NCBI RefSeq assembly: GCF_006345805.1
Contig: NC_042998.1
Coordinates: 58,094,001-58,158,000, forward strand
Reading direction: 5' to 3'
Length of the DNA: 64,000 nucleotides
Source: Octopus sinensis
Lineage: Eukaryota
Shown here: positions 24,896 through 38,869 of the stretch, one piece after another
How positions within the stretch are numbered: the first letter of the stretch is position 1
How the letters are laid out: the number at the start of each line of letters is the position of its first letter
The notes under the pieces: generated by a model
Seen by the model: only the letters and a program-made list of their open reading frames with translations
Databases searched by the model: none
Told to the model about the DNA's origin: nothing
Made by a program: the position numbers and the translations under genes

Positions 24896-25874
24896 TAATA
24901 ATAATAACAATAATAATAATGATTTATATATATAAATATGCATACATATATGCATATATATGTACATACATAAATGTGCATGTATATATGTGTGTATATT
25001 TATACACACATATATACACAAATATATTTTTATATATTTGTTACACACACACATACATATTCATATGCATGTGTGTTTGTGTGTAAGCATAGATATACAG
25101 ATATGTATGCAAGTTTATACACACACATATATATATATTCACGTATTAACAGATTTTCGCACACTCATAAATTTTATATGTGGACACACGTGCACTTACA
25201 TTTGCGAAAACAGTTATGCATATATCTATTAATATGCATATACATATGCTTCCTTCTTTGCAATAAAATATCATATATCCTCTTCCTTCATCATTTTGTT
25301 GATTGCAGAATAAGATATTGATTATTTCCTCTTATTATCAATCTCGTTGTTGAGTTGAGCAAGAAACAAATATACACTGTTACTCAAAAAGTGTCCAAAG
25401 CAAAGAAGCTACATGATGGTTGAACATATTGTTTATTAATACTTGGGTGGTTTGTGCTAAATAATGAACTATAGGTCCAAGGTATAGATTTGGTTGCTGT
25501 CATCATTGAAATAACAGTGACCGAATGTTTACTTAAACTGAGATAATATTGATATCGTTTCTAGATGATTTTCAAAACGAATTGTAGTAGGGCAAATTTT
25601 CACTAATATGTGTGTGCACATGTGAACGTATGTATATATATGCATGTATGTATGTGAATAAATCTCCATTCTTGCTTTGGTTTTTCATTATATATATATA
25701 TATATATGTATGTATCGAAATGAAGAGTTGACAGCCGACAACCTATGAAGGATCGCTCTCCATATTACTTGTCTTATTTTCCTTTTTTCTCTCGTTGTTT
25801 GCATATTTTACTCGTTGTTTTCGTACTTCATGTTGTTTACACAGTTGTGATGTCGTGTACCTATATAGGCATAT

Positions 25875-25926
25875 ATATTTTGGAAATTTTGTATTTTTAC
25901 CCTATGTCTCTCACCACTTCTCACGA

Positions 25927-25997
<71 letters not shown>

Positions 25998-26045
25998 TGA
26001 GACGTGATGCGAGACACAGGGTAAAAATATAAAAATTCCAAAATA
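25875..26045. repeat. Short fold-back with arms of about 55 bp around (TA)n
   Basis: TTTTGGAAATTTTGTATTTTTACCCTATGTCTC...CTCACGATA mirrors TATCGTGAGA...GAGACACAGGGTAAAAATATAAAAATTCCAAAA. Confidence 0.75.
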
Positions 26046-27204
26046 CTGTATCAGTTTTATCTAATTTCGAAGTATTACATTATTAAAAAACATAATGTTA
26101 GCAACGATTCTCCCATAGACTTCTTCCGACCGGTTTCACTTCTAATTCATTATCTGCATAATCCTTAAGTAATTTGCTTTCAAATAACAAGAAATCGCAA
26201 AAATCACTATAAGACAAAACTTGTCCGAGATTTTTACCATAACATTAATAGACGAGTTGTTGTGAATGTAAACACGGTAGTAACATGTGACGTATTTAAG
26301 TTATTTCAACGTACACAACTTAGTAATTTAGTCATTCAAGGGATGCAAGAAAGTTACATGGATTAATATACATTGCATCTGATTCCAGACGATATTTGCA
26401 GATTGATTTTTTTCTTATTCTTCCGTTGCCATAACGCTGCACTTTTAAAGAGAGTAATAAAATACAGCAAGTTATCTTTATGTTGGATCGGTGGAATTTA
26501 ATTGTGTTTGGCAGCTTAATATACTGACAGCGCATTGTCACGATAGTATGCAGTACAGTATAGCATTCTTGGAAACCAGCTTTTGCATTTCAAAATATAT
26601 ATTAACATTTTGGAGAACACAAGCATTTACTTTCAATTTTGAAAAAAGCTTCTTAGAAATAGAATTCCGAACTTTGTAATAAAAATCTATATAGTTCATA
26701 GCTTAGGTAGTTACATTTTACTGACTTTTATATCTTTAGTTAGTTGCTAACTATCTTTTTAAAACACCCTGCTTTCATTTTACTTTAAATGATGCGTTTG
26801 AATGCCTTTTCCCTCCTTTTGCTCTCGAAGTAAAGCAGATAGGTTTGGGTGAACTGCTGTAAATTCTCTACTTTATAATGTCATAATGGCCTTATTTCTA
26901 ACTTGACTTGAATATGTCTCTTGTGGTTAACGTGTTTATATTTTTGAAAAATGACCTCATCTTTGACTACGTTTGTTTTATTTCGTGCTTCAAATCATTA
27001 AAAAAGGATTTCATGAAGTTAGAAAAATCAATTAATAATCTTCGAGTTACAACAGTTGATGTTGAAACCAGTAGAAAAAAGAATCTGAGTAAAAACTATT
27101 TTTTTATTTGAAATTAGGCGAATATATTGATACCATATTTTCAAATTGGATACATATTTAATGTACTTTAAAAAATTATTTTGTCCTTACAATGTGATCT
27201 GATT

Positions 27205-27257
<53 letters not shown>

Positions 27258-27293
27258 TATATAATAACTATATAATAATGTATATATATATAT

Positions 27294-27326
<33 letters not shown>

Positions 27327-27330
27327 TATA

Positions 27331-27545
27331 CTCTTACTCTGTTACTCTTTTACTTGTTTCAGTCATTTGACTGCGGCCATGCTGGAGCACCGCCTTTAGT
27401 CGAGCAAATCGACCCCGGAACTTATTCTTTGTAAGCCCAGTACTTATTCTATCGGTCTCTTTTGCCGAACCGCTAAGTGACGGGGACGTAAACACACCAG
27501 CATCGGTTGTCAGGCAATGCTAGGGGGACAAACACAGACACACAA

Positions 27546-27586
<41 letters not shown>

Positions 27587-27743
27587 CGACAGGCTTCTTT
27601 CAGTTTCCGTCTACCAAATCCACTCACAAGGCATTGGTCGACCCGGGGCTATAGCAGAAGACACTTGCCCAAGATGCCACGCAGTGGGACTGAACCCGGA
27701 ACCATGTGGTTGGTTAGCAAGCTACTTACCACACAGCCACTCC
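27331..27743 (-). mobile_element. Near full-length CORE-like SINE
   Basis: Closely matches 12785-13197 over its whole length. Confidence 0.85.
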
Positions 27744-30700
27744 TATATATATATATTTGGATTGGATTCTGTTATAACTCTTCGCTAAATTCCAACATTC
27801 ATCAGTATATTAAACTTGTGCGTGAAGGGGGCTTATTGTAAAATCCGTCGCTCGCAAACTTTACGCTCGACTAAATTATGCAAATGGAAATAATTCATGA
27901 CTGAAAAGACTGCTTATAAGTTTAATTATTACTGTGAATAACCAGAAGCATTCACTCTAATCGATCATCATTCGCAAGCTCCATTATTACCTACATATAG
28001 AATTATAAATGCTTCCCCATTTATATAATTGCATGTGTCATCCTGTTTTTCCCTTTCTTCCCTCTCTTTCTTCCTTCTCTTTCTTCCCTCTCTCAATAAA
28101 TATGTGTGTGTGCGTTATTTAATGTACACTGTATAAAGATACCAGCTACTAATTGTTTCTTACTTTCGAGACATATGTCTAGACAAGTTTTTATAATACA
28201 AGACGTGTTATAGAAACTCATTTAGACTAGGAAGTCTCTGAGGTTTGTTCTATTTCAAAGTGGTACATAAGAAATCACGAGAAAATCACGAGAAAAAAAG
28301 CGGGAAGTTTGATGAAATAATTAGAAGAAATAAAAACGGGAAAAGAAAAGAAAAATAGTTATGCTCTCTTTGATTGTAAAAGCCAGAAATAGAATAGTTA
28401 TAGAATAATTCAACAGAGGGAGATACAGAATCTGCGAGACAGCTGTTCAATACCAAGAGGGTAGTGTCCTCCAGTTGAACAAAGGAAATTTGTCCAAATG
28501 TTTGCATTTGCTACAAATTTCGGATTTGTAGTTAGTGCGGTGAAGTTCTAAAATCTAAAATGAGAGTGCGATCTTTCAGCTACGCATAGGTTGCATTTCT
28601 TAGATCCATTTATATATTGTATGGATTTCTCAGTGATTCACTACTTGATTGTAAGTGGTTTGCAGTTGCTAGCCTACTTTGTGGCTTTACTTTTGTCAAT
28701 GTACTGGAAAGAAGACAGATGATTTGCATAACCTGTTTTGAAATCCCCTTCTCTGATGTAATTTTTCTTTTCAGTTAGGTTTCCTTGAAACGCTGTTGTG
28801 ACTTCTACTTCACAGCCAGCGGAGATTATCATACACTCCTGGTCAAGTAGGCAAGTACTCGAAACTTCACTGAATGAAATCTTTGTTGAAAGGCGAATAG
28901 AATGCTAGCACTAATTATTGAATGTATATTTCTTTCTTTACTTTATTACAATCGTAGTCTTTCCCTTTTACACAAACTCAAAAGTCATCTGTCCTCTACG
29001 TGATCGTTTAGTAAGATAGAAATTGTAGACATCACGTCAGTCTCAAAGATATTTTTCAACATAATCGTGATCTATATCTTCAAAACTTATGAGGCAACAA
29101 AGTCGATATGCATGAAATATCCATCTCGCCAATTTCACTTTTCGTATATAATCGTAATCTAAACGATCTAAAACTCATTTGTAGAAAATTCCATTGAAAA
29201 AAAAATCATTTTTTCTGAAAGCAATGCGGAAACAAAATTGATGCGTGTGAATTATCCGAAACTGCTTTCCAAAAGAAGGTTTTCACTCCAAACTTCAATG
29301 TAATCATAATCTACACCATCTGAAACTTGTCTGTAGAAACTTTCATTGATAAATATCCACATTTCAGAAAGTTTTAGCGAAATAAAGACGGTGGGGCATA
29401 TTTGTGTAGTTATGTCCTAAACTTACTGAATCAATGAGCTCTACTAGACAATAAAATGGAACTTAGACCTATGATATCAGAAAAGTTGCACAAATTGAAA
29501 ATAAAATATGTAAATATCATTTAGCAACTAGCATAATAACCTTCCGGAAGGCGATCTTTCTGCTAAGATTTCTAAAATATATTATCATATAATTCACAAC
29601 AAATAACAAAACAGGTCCCAACAAGAGGAATACGATTCGATGCAATCCAATTCGTGGCAAAAATAATTATTTTCTCTCTTCAACATATTTCTGCTAAAGT
29701 AGCATGTTTTAGATATTATTCAAAATGATATATAGAACAGCCAGTTGTTCTAGAATCTCTTTTATGAAATAATAAAAATAGTAATAAGTTTGTTGCACAA
29801 ACTCATAATCCTTCAAACGATATAAAGCAACGCTGTGACAGTCGACACACTGAGTTATGACGCTTGGATAATCACTACATAGATAGCAACATCTTCTATC
29901 GCGCCATTATAACTCTAAATAATGATAACACACTGTCTCATATCGGTTTAGCAGAAAACTTGTTTAAGAGCCGTGCTCTTTCATACGTAGTCACAAAGCA
30001 TCACATCGCTGTTAAAGATACTTGGCAAATGGAGAATTTATCGACATTGCATGCCTATCTTGCACAGATTCACCTCAGGCAATATTAGTTCAAAGCGGTG
30101 TAATTTCTTTTTGAGAAAGATAACATCATGAACCTACCCACACCAACCGTGAAAAGAATAATGCAAGTAATGTACACAAAGTATGAATTTTTTCCTAAAC
30201 TTTTACAAAGCAAGACGAGCGCCGGTGATGCTACATATCGCTTGACACACCGCCATCTTCGCTTTTGTTTCAACAGGAGAGTCCGTGGCGGTCTGTCTTG
30301 TTCAATTTCCTGGGCAATAATACAAAACCATGATGTAGAAGGAGCTCTACATGTTACACACACTCACTCACCCACCACCCTACACACACACACACACACT
30401 CTCTCTCTCTCGCAGATTAGTGAAGACTAATTTTCTTACATTAATATTCATCTAAAAAGATCTTTACAGACATTTTGTTATCAAATTTGAAGAAAATATT
30501 TTATCCAAATATTGTGACTGTATCAGACTTAAAATTCTCTCTCTCTCTCCTCCTCCCCTCTCTCTCTCCCTCCCCCTCTCTCTCTCTCTCTCTCTCTCTT
30601 TTAACCATTCATATAGCGAGATTTATTTCCCTGTTTATTCAACAGAACACACATACATATATTTATATCTGTATATATACTCATTCTATGACAATCTGCG

Positions 30701-31185
30701 CGAATACGTTTTAAACACTTTGTTACTTTACACAGAAACAGTGACTGCCAAATCTAACTATGATAATAAGAATAAATGTACACACACAGTACTAAGTCGA
30801 GGATAGTATTTAGATTTAGACAACCTCAATTTCTAAATACTACCAACCACTCTTGCATCCATATGGAATAAATAATCGTAATGTAAGTATGTTCGTTATC
30901 CTTTAAAAATGGATCCTCATAATTGCTGTAACAAGTTAAACATTTCCTCTGAGCACGTTGCAAATCTGCTATTGATTATATTCTACTCATGCTATATGCT
31001 ACTTAAACGATATAATAATTTAGATACACGTATTTTTGAAACACGTACGTAGTACACTAACCACTCAATGCATTAAAAATACTTTCTCACTACCTACTTT
31101 GTTGCGGGATCAGTAACTGATTGTCGCTTAGTTTTCTATGTATTGCGAACTGGAGCGAACTACTGCTATCTCTTGCGGACGGATA

Positions 31186-31236
31186 TTCACCACTGACGAT
31201 GGGCACATATAGCCCGAAACCGTACAGTCTGTTAAT
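31186..31236 (+). ncRNA. Candidate (partly decayed) minimal hammerhead ribozyme
   Basis: CTGACGA-T-GGGC-ACATATA-GCCC-GAAAC-CGTACA-GTC. Core and stem II are intact; stem I is weak. Confidence 0.45.
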
Positions 31237-31493
31237 CCCGTCATCTGCTATAAGATGGTAGGGGTTCCCTCCCCTATATGCAATATACATCGGGTGCAGA
31301 TTGCATCGAGAACTAGCTGGAGGAGGCTCCTCCTGGGGTTAAAAACGGTAGTAACGTCGATTCCTACAGAACAGCCATTTTGATGTGGTGATAAACAAAA
31401 CGGATGTCATTTACTATTTATTGAGCAACACCTAGCACACGGCTCAGCTTCCATTCCATAGCGAATTATTGGATTATAGGAGTTACCTCGTTT

Positions 31494-31900
31494 CAGGAGT
31501 GGCTGTGTGGTAAGTAGCTTGCTAACCAACCACATGGTTCCGGGTTCAGTCCCACTGCGTGGCATCTTGGGCAAGTGTCTTCTACTATAGCCTCGGGCCA
31601 ACCAAAGCCTTGTGAGTGGATTTGGTAGACGGAAACTGAAAGAAGCCCGTCGTATATATGTATGTATATATATATATATGTATGTGTGAGTGTATGTTTG
31701 TCCCCCTAGCATTGCTTGACAACCGATGCTGGTGTGTTTACGTCCCCGTCACTTAGCGGTTCGGCAAAAGAGACCGATAGAATAAGTACTGGGCTTACAA
31801 AGAATAAGTCCTGGGGCTCGAATTGCTTGACTAAAGGCGGTGCTCCAGCATGGCCGCAGTCAAATGACTGAAACAAGTAAAAAAGTAAAAAAAAAAAGTA
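31494..31900 (+). mobile_element. Near full-length CORE-like SINE
   Basis: CAGGAGTGGCTGTGTGGTAAG...CATCTTGGGCAAGTGTCTTC...GGCGGTGCTCCAGCATGGCCGCAGTCAAATGACTGAAAC. Confidence 0.85.
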
Positions 31901-32220
31901 AAGTATTTCGATAATTTTGTAGAAGTTATCCACTCTCTATGATTGTAGAACCTATTATAGAAACCCTTGTTACGGCATGTCAAGGTTTCGTTCAACCGGA
32001 CACAGTTCATGTATTCTTACTACAAGTTACGTATCTCGGCAACTGCAAAACATGCATCACAAACGGCCAACTGTGCCAAACGCTATATTGCCGTCTCATT
32101 ACACAATTTATATATTTATAGAAGTGGTTCTATTCAAATAATTGTAGAAGTTAATATACGTGTGTGATTAGATAAGCCATACTACTTGCATACTTACATA
32201 GCTACACTATTTGTGTAATT

Positions 32221-32603
32221 GGAGGCGCAATGGCCCAGTGGTTAGGGCAGCGGACTCGCGGTCATAGGATCGCGGTTTCGATTTCCAGACCGGGCGTTGT
32301 GAGTGTTTATTGAGCGAAAACACCTAAAACCTCCACGAGGCTCCGGCAGGGGATGGTGGTGATCCCTGCTGTACTCTTTCACCACAACTTTCTCTCACTC
32401 TTACTTCCTGTTTCTGTTGTACTGTATTTCAAGGGGCCGGCCTTGTCACTCTCTGTGTCACGCTGAATATCCCCGAGAACTACGTTAAGGGTGCACGTGT
32501 CTGTGGAGTGCTCAGCCACTTACACGTTAATTTCACGAGCAGGCTGTTCCGTTGATTCGGATCAACCGGAACCCTCATCGTCGTAACCGACGGAGTGGTT
32601 CCC
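32221..32603 (+). mobile_element. Full-length tRNA-derived SINE of a third family with a 12-bp TSD
   Basis: A-box TGGCCCAGTGG and B-box GGTTTCGATTTCC. Target-site duplication ATTTGTGTAATT at 32209-32220 and 32604-32615. Confidence 0.9.
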
Positions 32604-35300
32604 ATTTGTGTAATTATATAAGGTATCCTATTTATGTAATTATACGATCTTTTCTATCCTAATTAAAATGGGCCTTATGAAACTATTTATGCATGTGTAA
32701 CTAAAAGACTGGCAACCCTTGCTCTCACCGTATATCACAACTTTCTTAATATCCCATATCTTGCACCGCTTCTTACACTTAACATTTCTCTGAAGTAATT
32801 TTCTAAAATAATGAAACAAAAGTAGCTCATAACTCATACAGTGTTGTACACCAACCTACTTTCAGAAGGAATGAAAGAAAAGCGTAAGAGAGAAAGAGAG
32901 ACAGACAGACAGACACACAGATATGTCAGCTGCGATCGACTGAACCAAACCGTGAAATACAGCATCACTTCTCTATATAATTATAGAAGCTACACTATTT
33001 CTGTAATTATTGAAGCTATTATATTTATATAATTATATAAACTGTATTGCGTGTATAATTACACAGCTAGATTATTTATATAATTATGCAATATACCCAG
33101 TTTAATTATACAAGTTATGCACGCTCTTCTTATTAATATGGAGCTCATGCATTATGTGTAACTGAAATAATAGCAATCCTTCTCTACCACTCATTACCTC
33201 CCCTCTAAGTAAATCGTACCTCGAACCGCCATTTTCATCAACCATTTTTTCTGAAGTAGTGAAACAAATCAAGGAAGAAAGGTGGGGAAAGAGACAAAGG
33301 GAGAAATGTTTTGTGCTTGTGTCACTGTCTAACAATATGTTGATGTATATTGGCCAGTCCAGAATTTCAACTAAGGAGCGTTTATATTACTTGCCGACTT
33401 GCTGGAAATAGTAACCACATCGACGATGCATCACAAACGGTTACCTTAAATGAAGGATATATTGAACAATCTAGTTGTCGGCTTACATGAAGTTTGCTCC
33501 TTTACTTGACCAGTCGCTGTTCTCATATGGCTGAAGTAGCACAAACAAGAAATGGTGCTTCTGTTGATTAGTGATGACCGAGTGATGATGGAAAAACTAT
33601 TTTTAACCGGTTCAATCCAGAGTTAAGCAAAAACAGGCAAGTGTACGCGGAGCCAATGACATAACGTGTATGTGCGGTCACTGGACTAGCAAAACATAGT
33701 AGCCAGATTTTCCTCAAATCATGATTACGACTTACCGTTTTAAATTTGGCAAAAAACCCACGCATTTGAGAATGTATTTATATATCTTTATACAGAAACA
33801 GAAGAGGAGATCGTATATTACATAAAATTAGAAGAAAATTTGCCTGAGGTCGGTGTTTCTCTTAGTTTATATAATTACAGAAGTCAATACGCATTATACA
33901 CACATTATATATATATATATATATACCACTACCCTGTTTACATAATGATACAATCTAGCTGCCATACTTAAATATGGATACAGGCCGCACTATATAATTA
34001 TGCAAATTGCTTCATTAAAAGCTTCCCTTTTCTATAATTGCACAAGCTGCCGTATTTATATAATTATAAAAGCTACTCTCTTATAATATTTTACAAGCTA
34101 CCCTATGTATGAACTGCATCATATATTAATCGATCGATAAAATCACTTTCTACTTTATTGGTTTCCTGATTAATAGACCGTAGTTTCATGTCAGATGGTT
34201 GAGACAGTATAAATGTATAGATAAAGAGGAGAGGCTAAACTAAATACGTTTTATGCTTGTTGTTCAGCCCCAAATTAACCTTGTTTGAGCAGACAGGTCT
34301 ATGATGAAAAGTACTTCCAGCTTGACCACTCTCTCTTTTACATGCCCATGACATTGCCCAGTGTGCCTGTCATTTATTAACACTGTAGAGTGTATGAACT
34401 GTGATGAAGAAGAATTTTCCTCATTGGCAAATAAGTATTATATTGTAGATGAAAAGGGTGTGGTATCCGTACCCACGCGGGTTGAATACTTTACTATGAA
34501 GGTCAACGTGAACTAAAGTAGAATGACGTCTCTGAGAAAATATGACAGGATTTCAGAGAGGAATTAGGAAAACACATTTAGTAGATGGCTATCGTTGTAA
34601 AACCGAGTGTAGAGATCACGAATGCTGATGACACACGTGTTTTGAATGAACTTTGACAGTGGTGATACGTCATATGCAGCTTCGGACGACAAGAAGCACC
34701 TCCCTTACTTTAGGAGTGTATGAATAGAGATAAAATGGTGCGTCTGTAGACTAAAGGAAGTTGTGCGCTGTTGAAAAGATATGGCTGTGCAAGGATACCG
34801 TTATCAGTAGCGCTACGATATTTCATGTAGGATTGAGCGATGTCTCCACTTTTAACTCTGTCCAGAATGTAGTCTACGGCTATCGATGTGATAACCCCGT
34901 ATCGTTCACACTAGACTCCACTAGATTAACTCAACTTCACTCTTGTTGGGCCATCTTCCTATATGTTGTATTAAATATTTTCTTACGTCATTCCTTCTCA
35001 TAATTTTATCTCTATGGACCTCGACCCAAATAAATTTTTTTAGTGAAAAGCTAAATTATACAAAATCCTAACTGACTCTCAATCGATTTTACTATCTATG
35101 GTATCAGTATCTTAGAGTAATGAATGGTAAATATTTATATAGATATGGAGACGAACAGCGATTTTGATAATTGTGAAGGAATTTCTCTCTTAACATGAAA
35201 CGAACGGTAGCCTTAACCTATAAATACAGAATTTTTATCCACCAGTACAATATTGCGCATACATTCTCCTTGTTCGATACTAACGTGTATATATATATAT

Positions 35301-35333
<33 letters not shown>

Positions 35334-36489
35334 GACAGACAGACAGACAGACACGCGCAGTTGTTGATGTGCTTCAAATGTATGACACATTAGTATGAGA
35401 AATAGTGATCAATACCCAATTCATCTTAAACCGATATATTCCGATCTTGCACACTAAACAATACAAGAACCTGTCTATTTTTGAAATTAGGCTATAACGA
35501 AGGTAGAGAATCCCATAAAATAAAAATAGTAACAGAAACCAAAATATTGATATTACAATCGTTTTTTATAATTTCTATAATTTTATATTTACAAAATTAT
35601 ATATTTACAAAACCATTTCGTCAGATAAAGTTATGGAAATATAACAGGTCGAAATATTTCCCTTAAGTATCAGGGAAATACGCAAAACAAAATAAATTAA
35701 CGTGAAGAATAAAATAAAGAATAAATAATCGTTCAGAATCAAATACCCAATATGTATAAAATTATAAATAAAAAAATTATTGTAGAAGACAAGTAGATAA
35801 AAATAATATTTTCAAAGATAAGTCTTAAGAATATAAATCACTGACATGAAAAATATAGAGATTATTAGTATATGAATGCAAGGAATGTATCAAAAACATT
35901 AAAAATGCATTTGCGATATTATCAAGATTATTTGGGTCACAACCAACTGAATCAGTTAAAATAGACAATGGTGTACCATAAGAGTAGCTGCTGCCAAATT
36001 TTAACATGCCTAATGATCTTCAGATATAAATTAACAGTAACTCACAGACATACATGTAATAAATAGATAGCAACGACTGTATTATAATTGCTAGAGAGAA
36101 CTACATCAATATTGTGTTGGACACAGTTCACATTCCAACAGTTGCACACTGCTCTGTCATCAATGATATTTATTCACTAACGACTTTGCACTAAGTTAGC
36201 CTGTATGTAATCACACGACTGTCGAAAATTAGCTCTAAAATTTCTCTCAAATCACACCTTACTATCTTGAACAAAGAAAGAACACGTTAGATCATTGGTT
36301 CCACGTTACATTTAAAAATAGAACAGGACGGTAACTGCAGCTATTATGTTGGCATAAAACTGCTCAATCATGGCTAATTTGATTGAAACCAACAACTGGC
36401 ATGTTCGTCGTTAGCCGAGTTTAGAATTTCTAAAAAAATTCTTTTAACTATAAGCAAAAGGCTTGGAATTTTCCATTTTTGGATGATGA

Positions 36490-36590
36490 GGTTAATTGAT
36501 AACATCGACCCTAGTATTCTACTAGTACTTATTTCACCGACCCCGAAAGGATGAAAGGCAAAGTGGACCTCGGCGAAATTAGAACTCAAG
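36490..36590 (-). mobile_element. Meta-like SINE fragment
   Basis: ACCCCGAAAGGATGAAAGGCAAAGTGGACCTCGGCGAAATTAGAACTCA. Confidence 0.7.
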
Positions 36591-36907
36591 TAATCTCCGA
36601 AAACAGTTATTTAGAAAAAGATGAGTGACGAAGAAATTAAACCAAAATAGAACAAGTTAAAACCATTATTGGCTTGATCACTCAATAAACGATGAACACA
36701 CAGGCATTTTCGTCATTTCATATATATATAAATGTTATGAGTGTATATTGAAATTGTCATAAAGTCAGTGGATTATATCAATAATGTGCTAAAAAATATT
36801 TTAATGTCTAAAATATATAACGATATTTTTGATATAAGTGATTGATATAATCATAAATTTCCGAGTTAATTGTATTTTGGAGATTGGAAATATTTACTGG
36901 ACAGTCC

Positions 36908-36981
<74 letters not shown>

Positions 36982-37829
36982 CAGGTATATATACACATGC
37001 ATATGCACATATATCTACGCAGGGGTGTATATAGACTTGAATATGCACGTGTATGTACACAGACGTATTTATAAACACACTTTTATTTACTCATATACAT
37101 ATATGTGTGTGCATACTTACACACATACACACACATTATAAATTTGAGTGTGTTTATGCATTCACATTTGCGCGTGGATGTATGTATATTGAATCATATA
37201 GCTTTATTGATCTATTAATTATTGCACTTCCGTAATATTTATAGATTATTGTAAAATGTTTCCTGTGGCGTATCATCAAAAATATTCATCCTACTCTCTA
37301 CACTATTCTCCAATCGAATTTTTATATATTCTTAGTTCCTCTAACTTATTCTATTCATAGCTAATGGATATATTGAATGGGTTATAATATATTATTGTAT
37401 AAATTATTACTGTTATTGTAGCAGAAGCGAAGTGTCCGAGTGGACAAGACTTCGGGTTCGGCTGTTGCGATGTGTTAAACTGCGCTGCAGGCGTTTCGCT
37501 GAGTGTCTAAGCCTATGAGGTATATTACACATCTATATTAAGTTACATCAGATGAGATCAAAAATAATCTGCAGTTCGTAATTATGTAAACCAGTAACAT
37601 CTGCTTCATGGTCGGAATATTGCCGAATAAATCGACAACACGACAATAAAATCTCAATCTCATCTTGTGTGAATGTTATATAGGTTTATATTCGAGTATA
37701 CATCTCGTAGTACGATGTTTAAAACGCGTCCACAGTATGTAGCTGCCTCATATAAACAACAATATGCAGTATGGAGGTGTATGCCACTGGATTCACTTCA
37801 GGTATTCCTTTTTGTCCGTAGAGGTTAAA

Positions 37830-38225
37830 TAGGAAAATGAGAGATAGAAAATAGAATACTATATAGTCTTTATTCAGAACTTCTGCAATCGCTTCGTCTC
37901 ATCATGCATACATAGTTTACTGATGAAATGCTGTACACCCAATTGTCATGCATAATAGGTACAGATGCATCTCCTCAGGTGAATTTACAAAAAGTATAAC
38001 CTTGCATTATACTTGTTGTGTCGGTTATTTCTATAACAATACGTTTTAGTTAGAGTAGCATATTCTCACACTCCATAGTTCACCCAAGGAGTATGCACCT
38101 ACAATGCATGATAGTTGATTGTTCAGTATCTCATCTGTAAGGTAAGAGGGCATGAGGAGTCGAAACGATTGTAGTGGTTCTGAATAAGGTGTTACGGGAA
38201 TTCCATTTTCTATCTCTCATATTAT
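37830..38225. repeat. Old, diverged fold-back with arms of about 160 bp
   Basis: ATGAGAGATAGAAAATAGAAT / ATTCCATTTTCTATCTCTCAT and TTATTCAGAAC / GTTCTGAATAA are reverse-complementary pairs. Confidence 0.65.
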
Positions 38226-38772
38226 ATATGCATGCATATATACACACACATACACGTGTGCGTGTGTATGTGTGCGTATACATGTGTGTGTGGAGGGGTG
38301 GTCTATATTAGTTCTATCTTTCCATAGCCATATTCATATTTTTCGTGAAAAGCACTAACATCTATTCCTCGTGCACTTGAGTGATCAGCAATTGTTACAT
38401 CACGGTGATGGTTCTCTAGTAGTGAAAGCAAGCTTTGTTGATAGATTCCTCAATTGTGGAAGGAGTCTGTTAAAGATCGCTTTGCCCAAATACCAGAATA
38501 ACAACAGAATGCATGTTCGAAAGTAGAAATAATCATTAAATAAGCACACACACATACTCACGCACACATAGGTATATGAAATACCATACAAAATAAGTTT
38601 TTGATTTATTAAAATCATCTTCCCCTCTAAATGATGTGTGACAATTACCAAACGGCTACATATAAGGAAGTGAGAGAATCTAAAAGAACTTGCTATAGTT
38701 ATCATGTCATTAAGGAAAAGGATAGGCTTATTGTCTAGATAGTCGTGGACATTATATATATAATATGTGTGC

Positions 38773-38804
<32 letters not shown>

Positions 38805-38869
38805 ATGTATGTATGTATGTATGTATGTATATACATATATATATATTTATATATATATATACAAATATA

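Noticed and set aside
26120-26165. GAAACCGGTC palindromic HHR-like word on the minus strand
   Set aside because: The upstream core is CAGATAA and stem II does not pair, so it is too decayed to call.
28776-28850. Possible small exon (VSLKRCCDFYFTASGDYHTLLVK)
   Set aside because: Short, only one open frame, weak donor and no recognisable homology.
32221-32295. tRNA gene
   Set aside because: The tRNA-like head continues into a 380-bp body with a TSD. It is a SINE with no complete cloverleaf or acceptor stem.
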